Source of the DNA: Saccharolobus solfataricus
GTDB taxonomy: Archaea > Thermoproteota > Thermoprotei_A > Sulfolobales > Sulfolobaceae
NCBI RefSeq assembly: GCF_900079115.1
Contig: NZ_LT549890.1
Coordinates: 1,830,001-1,862,000, forward strand
DNA length: 32,000 bases
Direction of reading: 5' to 3'
Below the pieces are notes generated by a model, which saw nothing but the letters and a program-made list of their open reading frames with translations, was not told the DNA's origin and ran no database searches. Below, piece by piece: positions 9,456 to 18,822 of this stretch (its first letter is position 1; every line of letters begins with the position of its first letter). Made by a program: the position numbers and the translations under genes.

Positions 9456-11441
9456 CTAAAATAGGAAGCTCCAAAGACTAGGACTGCCTACATAATGGTC
9501 TAGATAGTTAATTTCAGGCTTCCCAGTATAACAATTTATCCTGGACGGCTGATCCCATACCATACCGTTTCTCACCAAGTTATCCCATTCCTTCTTGCAA
9601 AAGCTTAGATCACCGACACCCTTCTTATAAGCTAACCAGCAAATGGCAAATACTAGTCTAGGCCAAGAGGAGTAAGTTTGAACACTCAAGTTAACAATCT
9701 TACCGTTTTCATCAACTAGATTGGGAACACAATAGGGAGAGGCATTACCATTAAGTCTTATAATACTTTCTAAAGCACTCTTTATCATATTTTCATCGAC
9801 AATATTTTCCAATTCCAATAAAGTAGTAAACCACTCACCGTATAGTTGGGCAAGAAATGAAGCCTTATCAACACCGTCCCATGCCTTGAAATACTTACCG
9901 TTGAACATTTTCCTAAACGCTTCTCTAGCAACATTTAACTTTTCATTAATAAAACCAACATAATTGCTGTCGCCAACTAACTTTGCAATTTCTCTCATTG
10001 CAATTAAAGAAGCTATGAAAAGTGAAGAGGTGTAACTATCATGGCCCTTAATTATGGTAGCGTCAAATGCGTTATCCATTTCTCCTTCCATGAAAGGCAA
10101 GCCGTCTCTACACTGTCTTAACTCCCAATCCATGACTTTAACTATAGTTGGGTAAACCTCTTTCAAGAAGTCGATATCGTTAGTGAACTTAAAGTACCTA
10201 TAAACCAATAATATTAAGCTAGGATTCATATCCTTCCACTTAGGAGGAGAAGTAGTGCCATCAATGGGAGAATCCAAGGAGTGAAAACCCAGATCGTGGG
10301 GAACATAACCATCATTCCTTACGTAACTAATCAATAGCTTTAAAAACAACTTCTCCAACTCTGGGAACATTAAAATCACTGGTAGGGAGCCAAACTCATA
10401 ACAGGTACCAATTGTACCTAAATATGGACAATTCTGCGGGGCTTCATAAATTGCAAATCTACCCTTCTCATCTAACCAAGTATTGGAGGATAGAATGTAT
10501 GAACTATTTATTATTGCATCCCTTAACCACTCCTCCTTCACATTTACAATATTGTGAAATATATCCTTTCTCAAGTGATCAAAGTTGTCCAAGAAATATT
10601 TCGCAATTTCTGAGGAATCCTTAAAGAAGTTCTCATAGTAATGCCCATAGGGGTAAAAGACGTGTTTACCATTGAAATACCATGCAAACACATATCTCAT
10701 TTCCTCCCCTTCTGATATTATAATACTTGCTGGATCATCCCTATGACCAGTTACCTCGTGAGGATTGTCCTCAATTTCCTCTCCCCTATTCAATTTAACC
10801 CAAGGCTCCTCGTTTTCGTATTGTGATAGCCAAAAGTTCATCGTCTCACTTGGTTTCCTCTTAAGGTTGTATTGCGTTATAATATCACTCACGTTGTTTG
10901 ATATTAACGTAGTATTTCCCTTTGCCGGATCGTAATCGTTTGCCTTTAAGTTCTTATGAATAACGCCATTCCTTATACTTTCATTTACCCTCCCAATACT
11001 CACACTACCAACAATGTTTGGGAAGGATATTGCTACCTTTCCCTCCTTAATACCCTTAACTTTTAAACTAATTCCTATTGCAGGTAAGGATGAGTTCTTC
11101 AAGTCATTGGGGATTATTGGCGAAAACGCTTCCAATTCCACTTCAACTTCATTACTCTTTCCCACTACTTTGACAACTGGATATTTTCCCTCATAAATAA
11201 TTTCCCCTGGAAACTCACTTACCTTATATATTCCACCGTCCTTTTGGAAGATGAATCCCCTCTTGTCTTTAGGTTTTATGAATACGTGGAATCCTCTTAA
11301 AAGCTTAATGGGATTGCCCCAATTATTCCTTATCGTAACGTTGATTATTCTCACCTTGTTGTCGATTTCCAGTTTTCCAGTGCCAATTCCTCCCAGTGGA
11401 ACTCCAGCCACTATCCTATCCTTGTCAGTGTATTTAACCAT
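9456..11441 (-). CDS. GH116-family beta-glucosidase/beta-xylosidase (SSO1353-like)
   Basis: 661-aa cytosolic protein with N-terminal GVPLGGIGTGKLEID and a C-terminal (alpha/alpha)6-type domain. I recognise it from memory as the characterised S. solfataricus GH116 enzyme that neighbours the GH12 endoglucanase. Confidence 0.8.
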   Translation of the reverse strand: MVKYTDKDRIVAGVPLGGIGTGKLEIDNKVRIINVTIRNNWGNPIKLLRGFHVFIKPKDKRGFIFQKDGGIYKVSEFPGEIIYEGKYPVVKVVGKSNEVEVELEAFSPIIPNDLKNSSLPAIGISLKVKGIKEGKVAISFPNIVGSVSIGRVNESIRNGVIHKNLKANDYDPAKGNTTLISNNVSDIITQYNLKRKPSETMNFWLSQYENEEPWVKLNRGEEIEDNPHEVTGHRDDPASIIISEGEEMRYVFAWYFNGKHVFYPYGHYYENFFKDSSEIAKYFLDNFDHLRKDIFHNIVNVKEEWLRDAIINSSYILSSNTWLDEKGRFAIYEAPQNCPYLGTIGTCYEFGSLPVILMFPELEKLFLKLLISYVRNDGYVPHDLGFHSLDSPIDGTTSPPKWKDMNPSLILLVYRYFKFTNDIDFLKEVYPTIVKVMDWELRQCRDGLPFMEGEMDNAFDATIIKGHDSYTSSLFIASLIAMREIAKLVGDSNYVGFINEKLNVAREAFRKMFNGKYFKAWDGVDKASFLAQLYGEWFTTLLELENIVDENMIKSALESIIRLNGNASPYCVPNLVDENGKIVNLSVQTYSSWPRLVFAICWLAYKKGVGDLSFCKKEWDNLVRNGMVWDQPSRINCYTGKPEINYLDHYVGSPSLWSFLF

Positions 11442-11501
11442 GTCTTGTTATTTGAATAATAAGGTAAAAAAGGTTTAGAGTTTTTCGTTATTAAAAAATT
11501 A

Positions 11502-12506
11502 TTAGAGGAGAGTTTCATAGAAATTCGATATTGTCCATGAGAAGTAGGCTGTACCATTGGAAGTCATTGTTCCCCATTCCGTACCGAACTCCCAATCCGT
11601 TAAGTAATAGTTTGTAATGTTGTAGCTTGCGAAATTATTTAACGCTTTGATGAACAAGTTGGGCTCATATGCGACGTAACCATTTGTGACTTTCCAGCCA
11701 TCTGGTCTAAATGCTATGTACTCCCAACCTCCCCATGGGACGTTCTTCATCTTCCACACTTGGAAAGTGGCGTTGACTAGAGTGTGATTAATATATATTG
11801 GGATTACTACTTCTCCAACTTGTTGCCCAGCAGGCTGTAAATTCTGACTAAATAACCAGACCATTATCTCAATGTCCCCATTACCTGGAGCAGTTCCGGG
11901 ACTAAATGCTATTTGAGGCCTAACTATCCAAGCGTCAGACGCAATATCGAAATTTATTGACGGGTCTAGCTTAGTTAAGTTTATGTAAAACGATACCATA
12001 AACGGTGTCATATTGCCTATCCTCATTGGGAATATGTTACCTGCATATGAAGTATCCCAGGGTTTTCTGCCCACGTAAATTTCCGGATAGCCATTAGTCC
12101 ACTGTAATGGATTAACTTGCGTTAAGTTGAAACTAACAGAGAGCGTACGAGTAAGCGGGTTAAAGACCATGGTATAGTTGCCATTCCAAGTTTTAGCATT
12201 CCACATGTTCACTTCAAGATAAAATGATGGTACAGTTGAGTTATTTAGATAAACTGGAGTTGGTGAACTAGCAGAGGATGTAACATAGATTAGCTGAGGA
12301 ATAGAAGATGTAGTGGGCGTTACTGTTGTAGGTACGGTATTGGTTGTTATGCTCATTAAAGTTGTGGTTTCGTTAGTGGTGACAGTTATCGATGATGTTT
12401 TGACATTAGGTGACTGATGGTGTAGGTAAATAGCTCCACCAATTACACCCACAACTATTATTACAATTATCGGAACTATAATGATATATAATTTATTCAT
12501 TATCAT
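11502..12506 (-). CDS. Secreted/membrane-anchored GH12 endo-1,4-beta-glucanase (SSO1354-like)
   Basis: It has an N-terminal TM/signal anchor (IIIVPIIVIIVVGVIGGAIYL) and a Ser/Thr-rich linker. The GH12 core carries GDIEIMVWL (nucleophile Glu context) and WEFGTEW, plus many N-x-S/T sequons. A GGTGA Shine-Dalgarno-like motif lies 5 nt upstream of the ATG. Confidence 0.85.
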   Translation of the reverse strand: MIMNKLYIIIVPIIVIIVVGVIGGAIYLHHQSPNVKTSSITVTTNETTTLMSITTNTVPTTVTPTTSSIPQLIYVTSSASSPTPVYLNNSTVPSFYLEVNMWNAKTWNGNYTMVFNPLTRTLSVSFNLTQVNPLQWTNGYPEIYVGRKPWDTSYAGNIFPMRIGNMTPFMVSFYINLTKLDPSINFDIASDAWIVRPQIAFSPGTAPGNGDIEIMVWLFSQNLQPAGQQVGEVVIPIYINHTLVNATFQVWKMKNVPWGGWEYIAFRPDGWKVTNGYVAYEPNLFIKALNNFASYNITNYYLTDWEFGTEWGTMTSNGTAYFSWTISNFYETLL

Positions 12507-12515
12507 ATATCACCT

Positions 12516-12738
12516 AGCTGACTTTCTCCCCGCCCTGAAAGGGCGATGGTTCCCCTTCCAGAGGGATCATCGTTCCCACCATCGATTCGGGTTTACATCT
12601 CTCATCTGGTGGGCAGTCGAGTGGATCAGAGATCCACTCCCATTCGAATAGGGGACTTTCATCCATAACGTCTAGTCCCTTAAGAAATACTAGATGCTCC
12701 TCCCACAGTCCCATTAAGCCCTCAATCGAGCTGGGGAG
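12516..12738 (-). mobile_element. Right-end half of a MITE-like, tnpB-deleted IS200/605-family derivative (SMN1-like)
   Basis: 12521-12650 aligns closely with the 3' end and right end of the TnpB element at 29736-29835 (ctcccc[a/g]ccctg..ggttcccc..ttcgggtttacatc.ctcat.tg.g.ggcagtcgag.gg.tcagaga). It carries a ~23-nt internal duplication. Confidence 0.7.
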
Positions 12739-12810
12739 CTTCCGGTATAAAAACTTTTCCTTGAAAATCGAGCATAATTCACACTACTTACGCAAGTGAT
12801 GAAACCTGCT

Positions 12811-13761
12811 TTACTCACTAGCATCAAAGGGCTTATTATAATACAGCACAGCCCAAGTAATAACAGCCAACTTCCTTGCACATGCAACAATCAACTTCTT
12901 ACCCTTTAACCTACCCTTGTGCTCCTCATAAAAACGCTTGATAACAGGATTAACCTTGATGGCAGTCAAAGCTGCAAGATAGAAAGCCCTCCTCAAAACA
13001 GCGTCACCTTTTTTAGAAATACCTCTCGATACAACACTCTTACCACTAGACTCAACAACTGGGTCAAGACCACAATAAGCAACAAACCTCTTCTTATCAC
13101 TAAAGCGCTTAACATCACCAACCCTAGCCAAAATAATACAACCCAAGGTTTTACCAATACCAGGAATAGTGAAAATCAAACTATCCTTGGAAACAACATT
13201 CTCAAGCTCTTTCTCAATCTCCCTCTTCCTAGTTTTAAGCCTCTCAAGCTCCTCCAAAAGAAACCTAACCTCAGCCAAGACAATACTATCCCCACCCCTC
13301 AAAACCTCCTCCAAATTCCTCTTTGACAAACTATCCCTATAGCCTAGAAGTACCAAATCCCTCCTCAACCTATTCTTAACCCTAGCAATACTCCTAGTAA
13401 CAAAATCCCACTGGCTAGTCAACTCCCTAGCATCACTTGTTGTAAACCCACTACACATACTTACAACTAATTCCGCAAGCTTTTTAGCATCATTCTTATC
13501 ACTCTTCTTACCCCTAAAATCCTTGAACTTCTTGAGAATAAAGGGATTAATGATCCTAACATCATACTCACCCATCAAGTACTTTGCTAGGTTAACGTGG
13601 TAAACTCCAGTACTCTCAATACCCACTTTGCAACCCTTAGGTAAGATCTTCCTTATCTCCTCATAACCTCGCTTATCATTAGTAAACTCGTAGAGTTTAC
13701 CTTGAAAATACACGATTAATTTATCTTTTGATACATCTATTCCTGCAACTGGGGCCTCCAA
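12811..13761 (-). CDS. IS110-family DEDD recombinase/transposase (ISC1190)
   Basis: 316 aa with a TTG start preceded by GGTGAG. Motifs: AGIDVSKDKL, IESTGVYH, KSDKNDAKKLA, IPGIGKTLG and YCGLDPVVESSGKSVVSRGISKKGD. Confidence 0.9.
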   Translation of the reverse strand: MEAPVAGIDVSKDKLIVYFQGKLYEFTNDKRGYEEIRKILPKGCKVGIESTGVYHVNLAKYLMGEYDVRIINPFILKKFKDFRGKKSDKNDAKKLAELVVSMCSGFTTSDARELTSQWDFVTRSIARVKNRLRRDLVLLGYRDSLSKRNLEEVLRGGDSIVLAEVRFLLEELERLKTRKREIEKELENVVSKDSLIFTIPGIGKTLGCIILARVGDVKRFSDKKRFVAYCGLDPVVESSGKSVVSRGISKKGDAVLRRAFYLAALTAIKVNPVIKRFYEEHKGRLKGKKLIVACARKLAVITWAVLYYNKPFDASE

Positions 13762-13922
13762 TTATACTCACCCTTATGTTTTATTCGGGCTTTTTGCCCA
13801 ACTTCCGGTCCGAATTGGAGGCGGCCAAGCTCCCCATCGGGCTTTAAGCCCAAGGAGCGTCACGGCCTACACCCCAGTCAGATCTGTATTACACAGATCT
13901 GACTAATATGTTTTATATAAGG
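13762..13922 (-). ncRNA. Candidate bridge RNA in the ISC1190 left end (copy A)
   Basis: This is the same structured ~160-nt leader as in copy C. It has a 12-bp stem hairpin at 13876-13904 and guide-like segments (see the finding on 28557-28717). Confidence 0.4.
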
Positions 13923-13924
13923 AG

Positions 13925-14035
13925 CGCCGTTAGCATCACTAAAAGATATCTCAACAAGGAAGTATTTAAATATAAGGGGCTATCCATCCCCGCTGGCGAG
14001 GCTTTCCTCCCCCTTAACCTCCAATTTTTGTAAAG
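13925..14035 (-). mobile_element. Left-end half of the same MITE-like IS200/605-family derivative
   Basis: aagtatttaaatata[a/g]ggggctatccatcccc..ctggcgaggctttcc.cccccttaacctccaatttttgtaaag matches 30934-31008, the left end upstream of tnpB 29767..30915. Confidence 0.75.
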
Positions 14036-14101
14036 TGAAAAGGTTTACGGTTAACTTTTATTAACGAATTAGCTTTTTATTCTTAGCTCACTATATCTCT
14101 T

Positions 14102-15283
14102 ATGGATTTAGTTGAGAAGTTGAAGAACGACGTGAAGGAAATAGAGGATTGGATAATTCAAATTAGGAGGAAAATTCACGAGAATCCTGAACTTTCCTAT
14201 AAAGAGTATAGCACCTCTAAACTAGTGGCAGAAACGTTAAGGAAATTGGGAATAGAAGTAGAGGAGGGCGTTGGATTACCCACTGCAGTAGTTGGTAAGA
14301 TTAGGGGAAATAAACCCGGGAAGACAGTTGCCTTAAGAGCGGATATGGATGCCCTCCCCGTAGAGGAGACTAGTGACGTAGAGTTCAAGTCCAAGGTTAA
14401 AGGGGTAATGCACGCGTGTGGTCATGACACTCACGTAGCAATGCTCTTAGGTGGAGCTTATCTCTTGGTTAAAAATAAAGATTTAATCAGTGGCGAAATT
14501 AGGTTAATATTTCAGCCCGCAGAGGAGGATGGAGGATTAGGAGGAGCGAAACCAATGATCGAGGCTGGAGTCATGAATGGTGTAGATTACGTATTTGGTA
14601 TACATATATCCAGTAGCTATCCATCTGGAGTCTTCGCAACTAGAAAAGGTCCAATAATGGCTACGCCAGATGCGTTTAAGATTGTGGTTCACGGAAAGGG
14701 CGGTCACGGTTCTGCTCCTCATGAGACCATAGACCCAATTTTCATATCATTACAAATAGCCAACGCAATTTACGGTATAACAGCTAGGCAAATCGATCCC
14801 GTTCAACCCTTCGTCATATCCATAACTACGATACATTCTGGGACAAAGGATAATATAATACCAGATGACGCTGAAATGCAGGGAACGATTAGAAGTCTAG
14901 ACGAGAATGTTAGGAGTAAGGCTAAGGATTACATGAGGAGAATAGTTTCATCAATATGCGGAATTTATGGTGCAACTTGTGAGGTCAAATTCATGGAGGA
15001 CGTCTATCCAATTACAGTAAATAACCCAGAAGTAACTGATGAGGTGATGAAAATTCTATCTTCAATATCCACAGTCGTTGAGACTGAGCCAGTTCTAGGA
15101 GCTGAGGATTTCTCTAGGTTCCTACAGAAAGCTCCCGGTATGTATTTCTTCCTGGGAACTAGAAATGAGAAGAAAGGTTGCATATATCCCAACCATAGCT
15201 CTAAGTTCTGCGTAGATGAGGATGTGTTGAAACTAGGTGCTTTAGCCCACGCATTATTGGCAATAAAGTTCAGTAACAAATAA
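14102..15283 (+). CDS. cpsA: Thermostable carboxypeptidase / M20D amidohydrolase CpsA
   Basis: 393 aa with the MHACGHDTH metal-binding motif. The peptidase-M20 fold carries a dimerisation-domain insert. I recognise the N-terminus MDLVEKLKNDVKEIEDWIIQIRRKIHENPELSYKE from memory as S. solfataricus CpsA. Confidence 0.85.
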   Translation: MDLVEKLKNDVKEIEDWIIQIRRKIHENPELSYKEYSTSKLVAETLRKLGIEVEEGVGLPTAVVGKIRGNKPGKTVALRADMDALPVEETSDVEFKSKVKGVMHACGHDTHVAMLLGGAYLLVKNKDLISGEIRLIFQPAEEDGGLGGAKPMIEAGVMNGVDYVFGIHISSSYPSGVFATRKGPIMATPDAFKIVVHGKGGHGSAPHETIDPIFISLQIANAIYGITARQIDPVQPFVISITTIHSGTKDNIIPDDAEMQGTIRSLDENVRSKAKDYMRRIVSSICGIYGATCEVKFMEDVYPITVNNPEVTDEVMKILSSISTVVETEPVLGAEDFSRFLQKAPGMYFFLGTRNEKKGCIYPNHSSKFCVDEDVLKLGALAHALLAIKFSNK

Positions 15284-15306
15284 AGGATTTAATAATTAAG
15301 TGATTA

Positions 15307-15786
15307 TTGGAAATGGATAAGGAAAAGGTTCTAAATATTTTGAGGAATTCCTCAAACTTACCCTTAGATTTAATTAGGAGACTCCTTTCAGACAAGGATA
15401 AGGATATTAAACACGAAGCGTGGAATTACGTTATTTCGAACGTAAGGGATAAGGATTTCCTATTGGAACTTTTATCATTTCACGATACTGGGACTAGGTA
15501 TAGAGCGTGGAATAGTGTTCCTGAGTTCGTAGAGAGGGGTATATTAACTTTGGAAGAGGTTATCAAAAGAAAAGAACATTTCCTTGAAATGCTAAAAGAT
15601 AGCAATAAGGTCGTAAGGGCGCTATCTTGGTATGTTACGTTAAAACCCCTACTAGAAATGAATGTGGTAAGTCTAGGAGAAGTTCTTAGCTATTCGCCTT
15701 TCCTATGTGAGTTAATTAACTCAGAATTTCATGAAGTCGTAGAAGGAGTTATGCAGGAGTTTAAGATCACGTGCAAATTTATATAG
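15307..15786 (+). CDS. Hypothetical protein with three HEAT/PBS-lyase-like repeats
   Basis: An internal repeat is visible: DKDIKHEAWNYVISNV, DTGTRYRAWNSVPEFV and DSNKVVRALSWYVTLKPLL. The start is TTG 15307 or ATG 15313. Confidence 0.55.
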   Translation: MEMDKEKVLNILRNSSNLPLDLIRRLLSDKDKDIKHEAWNYVISNVRDKDFLLELLSFHDTGTRYRAWNSVPEFVERGILTLEEVIKRKEHFLEMLKDSNKVVRALSWYVTLKPLLEMNVVSLGEVLSYSPFLCELINSEFHEVVEGVMQEFKITCKFI

Positions 15787-15920
15787 AATAGAAGATGTGG
15801 TTATTCATATAAATATATGAAATTTATTTTCGTCTATTTTACTTATGAAATACCTTATATAAGTATTATAGATCTTTTCCCGAAATCCTTTTATTTCTAA
15901 CTTATAATTAGCTGATTAGA

Positions 15921-16649
15921 TTGATTTCAATTATCATACCGGCATTTAATGAGGAAAGAAGAATTGGTAGGACGTTGGAGAAAATATCGTCAACACTACC
16001 TAATGCTGAAATAGTGGTAGTATTTGATGGACATGATAATACGCCAGAGGTTGTTAAGAAATTTCCCGTAAAGCTCCTAATAAGTGAGAGCAGACTTGGT
16101 AAAGGGGGAGCGATAAAGAGAGGAATTAATGAAAGCAATTTCCAGAGAGTTTTGTTATTAGATGCCGATTTTCCCATAACTGAGGAGGAATTAGATAAAA
16201 TCTTAAGCACTGACGCTGACCTAGTCATACCTAAGAGGAAAATTGTGGGGATGCCATTAAAGAGGAAGTTCCTACATAAGGGATTTATAATAATTACTAA
16301 GATACTCTTTCCGTCGCTAGCAAAATTTTCGGACTTCCAAGCTGGTGTTAAGCTAGTAAATAGGGAAAAGGTTTTAGATATATTAGACGAGTTAATAATT
16401 AACGATTTTTTATTCGACGTTAACTTAATTTACGGATTTAAACGTAGACATTATAAAGTTAAAGAAGTTGAAATAAATTATATTCATGATGAGAGTGATA
16501 GTAAGATATCTAAAAAGTTAATAAAAGTCATAATTCTAATGTTCCTCTCCTTGATAAAATTAAGAGTATATTATTCTCCGTTTAGGAAAATTCTATACAC
16601 TAAAACTTACCTTAAAGCACAGGACTACATTTTACGAAAGCTTAGATAG
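15921..16649 (+). CDS. Family 2 glycosyltransferase (dolichyl-phosphate sugar transferase-like)
   Basis: ISIIIPAFNEE N-terminus, VVFDGHDNT, LLDADFP (DxD) and a C-terminal hydrophobic helix. TTG start. Confidence 0.8.
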   Translation: MISIIIPAFNEERRIGRTLEKISSTLPNAEIVVVFDGHDNTPEVVKKFPVKLLISESRLGKGGAIKRGINESNFQRVLLLDADFPITEEELDKILSTDADLVIPKRKIVGMPLKRKFLHKGFIIITKILFPSLAKFSDFQAGVKLVNREKVLDILDELIINDFLFDVNLIYGFKRRHYKVKEVEINYIHDESDSKISKKLIKVIILMFLSLIKLRVYYSPFRKILYTKTYLKAQDYILRKLR

Positions 16650-17171
16650 CCTACTAATTATTATTCTTGAAATCAAGTTAAAGGTACCTGCAAAAAGGGC
16701 GATCCAGTAATAAGTTGTGGGATAACTTTCAACTAAAATTGTTACCATAACGTTTTTGTAAAATACAGTCATGTTCTGGCTCCCTATTATAAATAATGGA
16801 TATTTCGTTGGAGTAACATACCCTACCACGTAATTAAATAATAAGTAAAATAAAAGAGGATCCAACAAGTAAAGATAGCTTATCCAAGTTATTAATAGGT
16901 AGTTATTGATTACGTCCTTTTTCAAGGCGAGATAAATGTAATAGAGGGAAACACTTATCACATAAAATCTAAATGCGAACAAAATATAGTTTATTATTAT
17001 ACCTATTTCCAACTCTTTACCTAGAAATTCTAGATAAAATGAGAAGAGGCTATCCTTAATTACTACCATTCCTCCAGCGGAATAATACCACCAATAACCT
17101 GGTAATAACGCTACAAGTACATTTAGTAACATGCTTATAGTCAATATTAACGTTCTTTTTGTAACTATCAT
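16632..17171 (-). CDS. Polytopic membrane protein, unknown function
   Basis: 179 aa with about 5 hydrophobic segments. Its ATG overlaps the stop of the upstream gene (ATGA at 17168-17171), suggesting translational coupling. Confidence 0.6.
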   Translation of the reverse strand: MIVTKRTLILTISMLLNVLVALLPGYWWYYSAGGMVVIKDSLFSFYLEFLGKELEIGIIINYILFAFRFYVISVSLYYIYLALKKDVINNYLLITWISYLYLLDPLLFYLLFNYVVGYVTPTKYPLFIIGSQNMTVFYKNVMVTILVESYPTTYYWIALFAGTFNLISRIIISRLSKLS

Positions 17172-17578
17172 ATCATCTCACTTTGTGAAAAAGTTGTGTT
17201 GAACATCTTCATCACTATCGTCAAGTTATATGAATTATCGTGAATAGCCCTCTCGAACATTTCCAAATTAGTCACAACCACACTAATGTTCTTTACCTCA
17301 TTAGGGTTAATTGTTACCGGTTTTGATAAGTAAGTGTAATCCCCAGTTACGTTTAGTAAGGTTATTGGGAAGTTGAGAGTATTGTTAAAAGTTAAGATTA
17401 ACTGGTTATTGGAAATAACTAGACCTATTTTTGGTTGCGAAGTGAATAATATGAGTATGGTGGAGTTGATTTGGTTCAAAGTTGTTTGAAGTAAACCGTT
17501 GAAGTTATTAATCATGGCAAACTGAACAATTAGTACTGAAATGAACACTATTAAACCTATAATTTTACCTAAATCCAC
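17168..17578 (-). CDS. Membrane-anchored extracellular protein, unknown function
   Basis: 136 aa with a single N-terminal TM (IIGLIVFISVLIVQFAMI). A beta-rich domain follows, with several N-x-S/T sequons (NST, NNT, NVT, NIS, NLT, NTT). Confidence 0.55.
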   Translation of the reverse strand: MDLGKIIGLIVFISVLIVQFAMINNFNGLLQTTLNQINSTILILFTSQPKIGLVISNNQLILTFNNTLNFPITLLNVTGDYTYLSKPVTINPNEVKNISVVVTNLEMFERAIHDNSYNLTIVMKMFNTTFSQSEMI

Positions 17579-17601
17579 GTTTTAATATTATATGAAAACC
17601 A

Positions 17602-18726
17602 CTATAAATGTTTCAAGGATAAAAGTGATATGATAGATATTATACACCCAACGTCCAAGGCTAACATTGATATAGAGAAGCTATGGGTCAAATACAGTGT
17701 CAAACCTACAAATGATGGAGCGATCATCGTCCCAATTTGGGATACGGCGTTGGCGTAACCTATTGAAGTTCCCGCACTAGATTGCCCAGCTATTCTCATT
17801 ATTAGAGAATCAGTTGGAGGTCTATATGAGAACGAGAAAATCCCCAATAAGAAGGCCTCGGGTAATATATCGATGTTATTTGAGAAAATTATTGAAAACG
17901 TTAGTAAGATGAATCCTATCAGATTTATTAAGATAACGGTTCTATCGCCAAATCTTTCCACTAACCTTTCCACACTTAAAATCCCTACTAGCTGACCAAC
18001 TCCGAAAAGAAGAAGAAATAGGGCTGATAAAGTCGGAGAGATGTTTCTATAAAGTACTAACATTGGGAAAATCCACGTTGTTGTACCCCACGTGGACCAC
18101 AGCTCCCCTAATCTAATTAGCGTTGCAATTGTTATTTTTCTATCAAGGATTATCTTGAACGACCTCTTGATTTCAGTCCTATTGACATCTATCCTATTGA
18201 AATGACTGAAAATTGCAATTAGCCCGAAACTTATGGCCATGATTAGGTAAATAAATCTCCATAAATGCAACAGAAAACTTGCTATTATACCCAAGGTGAT
18301 GATAGTTATTGGTCCTGCACTTTCCACTAAAGCCACGTAAAATGTGAACTTTGAGCTGTTGGAGTAACTAACTGCCACTATTTTCATGGCTGATGGAAAT
18401 ATGGCAGCTGTTATAAGTCCTTCTATGAGGTAGGCTACGAGTAGAATAGCGTAACTTGTAAGGAAGAGAAAGAGTAATAGATTCATTCCTACTAAGAGAA
18501 TCGATGCGTACTCCACAGCACTACTTGGGCCTATTCTATCTATAATCAAACCCCAAGGGATTGAGGAAACTACATAACCTATGTAAAAGACTGTGGCAAC
18601 TAGCCCAATCTGTATGGAGTTTAAGTGAAAAACTAAGGCTATTGGCAATGATATGACTCCCCAACTGAGCCTTAAAAACAACTGAAGAAAAGTACCAATC
18701 CAACTCACTATTATATTTCTTAACAC
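17602..18726 (-). CDS. Major facilitator superfamily transporter
   Basis: 374 aa with about 11-12 TM segments. An MFS-like loop motif GLIIDRIGP follows TM2. Confidence 0.75.
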   Translation of the reverse strand: MLRNIIVSWIGTFLQLFLRLSWGVISLPIALVFHLNSIQIGLVATVFYIGYVVSSIPWGLIIDRIGPSSAVEYASILLVGMNLLLFLFLTSYAILLVAYLIEGLITAAIFPSAMKIVAVSYSNSSKFTFYVALVESAGPITIITLGIIASFLLHLWRFIYLIMAISFGLIAIFSHFNRIDVNRTEIKRSFKIILDRKITIATLIRLGELWSTWGTTTWIFPMLVLYRNISPTLSALFLLLFGVGQLVGILSVERLVERFGDRTVILINLIGFILLTFSIIFSNNIDILPEAFLLGIFSFSYRPPTDSLIMRIAGQSSAGTSIGYANAVSQIGTMIAPSFVGLTLYLTHSFSISMLALDVGCIISIISLLSLKHL

Positions 18727-18822
18727 AAAATGACAATGAGTTAAATCTCTCTTTTATGATTATCGTTCTAAAATATATTTAGCATAAAATAATTTTATAA
18801 TCTCCTAGGCGTATATTCAATT

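Larger units (their letters stand above)
12739..13924 (-). mobile_element. ISC1190-type (IS110 family) insertion sequence, copy A, 1186 bp including one CT core
   Basis: It is near-identical to copies at 23100-24286 and 28557-29737. It has no terminal IRs, and an AG (CT on the element strand) dinucleotide sits at both junctions. Confidence 0.9.

Noticed and set aside
12514-12714. 66-aa ORF on the minus strand upstream of the GH12 gene
   Set aside because: It falls in the right-end relic of the tnpB-deleted IS200/605 derivative. Its homology to 29738-29835 is at the nucleotide level and spans frames. It is more likely RNA or DNA signal than a protein.
12919-13326. Long antisense ORFs inside every ISC1190 copy (12919..13326, 23281..23709, 29154..29555; 133-142 aa, conserved between copies)
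   Set aside because: They lie opposite the recombinase gene, on a strand almost devoid of G, so TAG and TGA stops are rare by composition. The peptides are low-complexity (N/T/L/P/Q-rich). Their conservation merely reflects near-identity of the IS copies.
15046-15090. C/D-box sRNA-like pattern (GTGATGA ... CTGA ~35 nt apart)
   Set aside because: It lies inside the well-supported cpsA coding sequence. It has no C'/D' boxes or terminal stem, so it is likely a chance occurrence.
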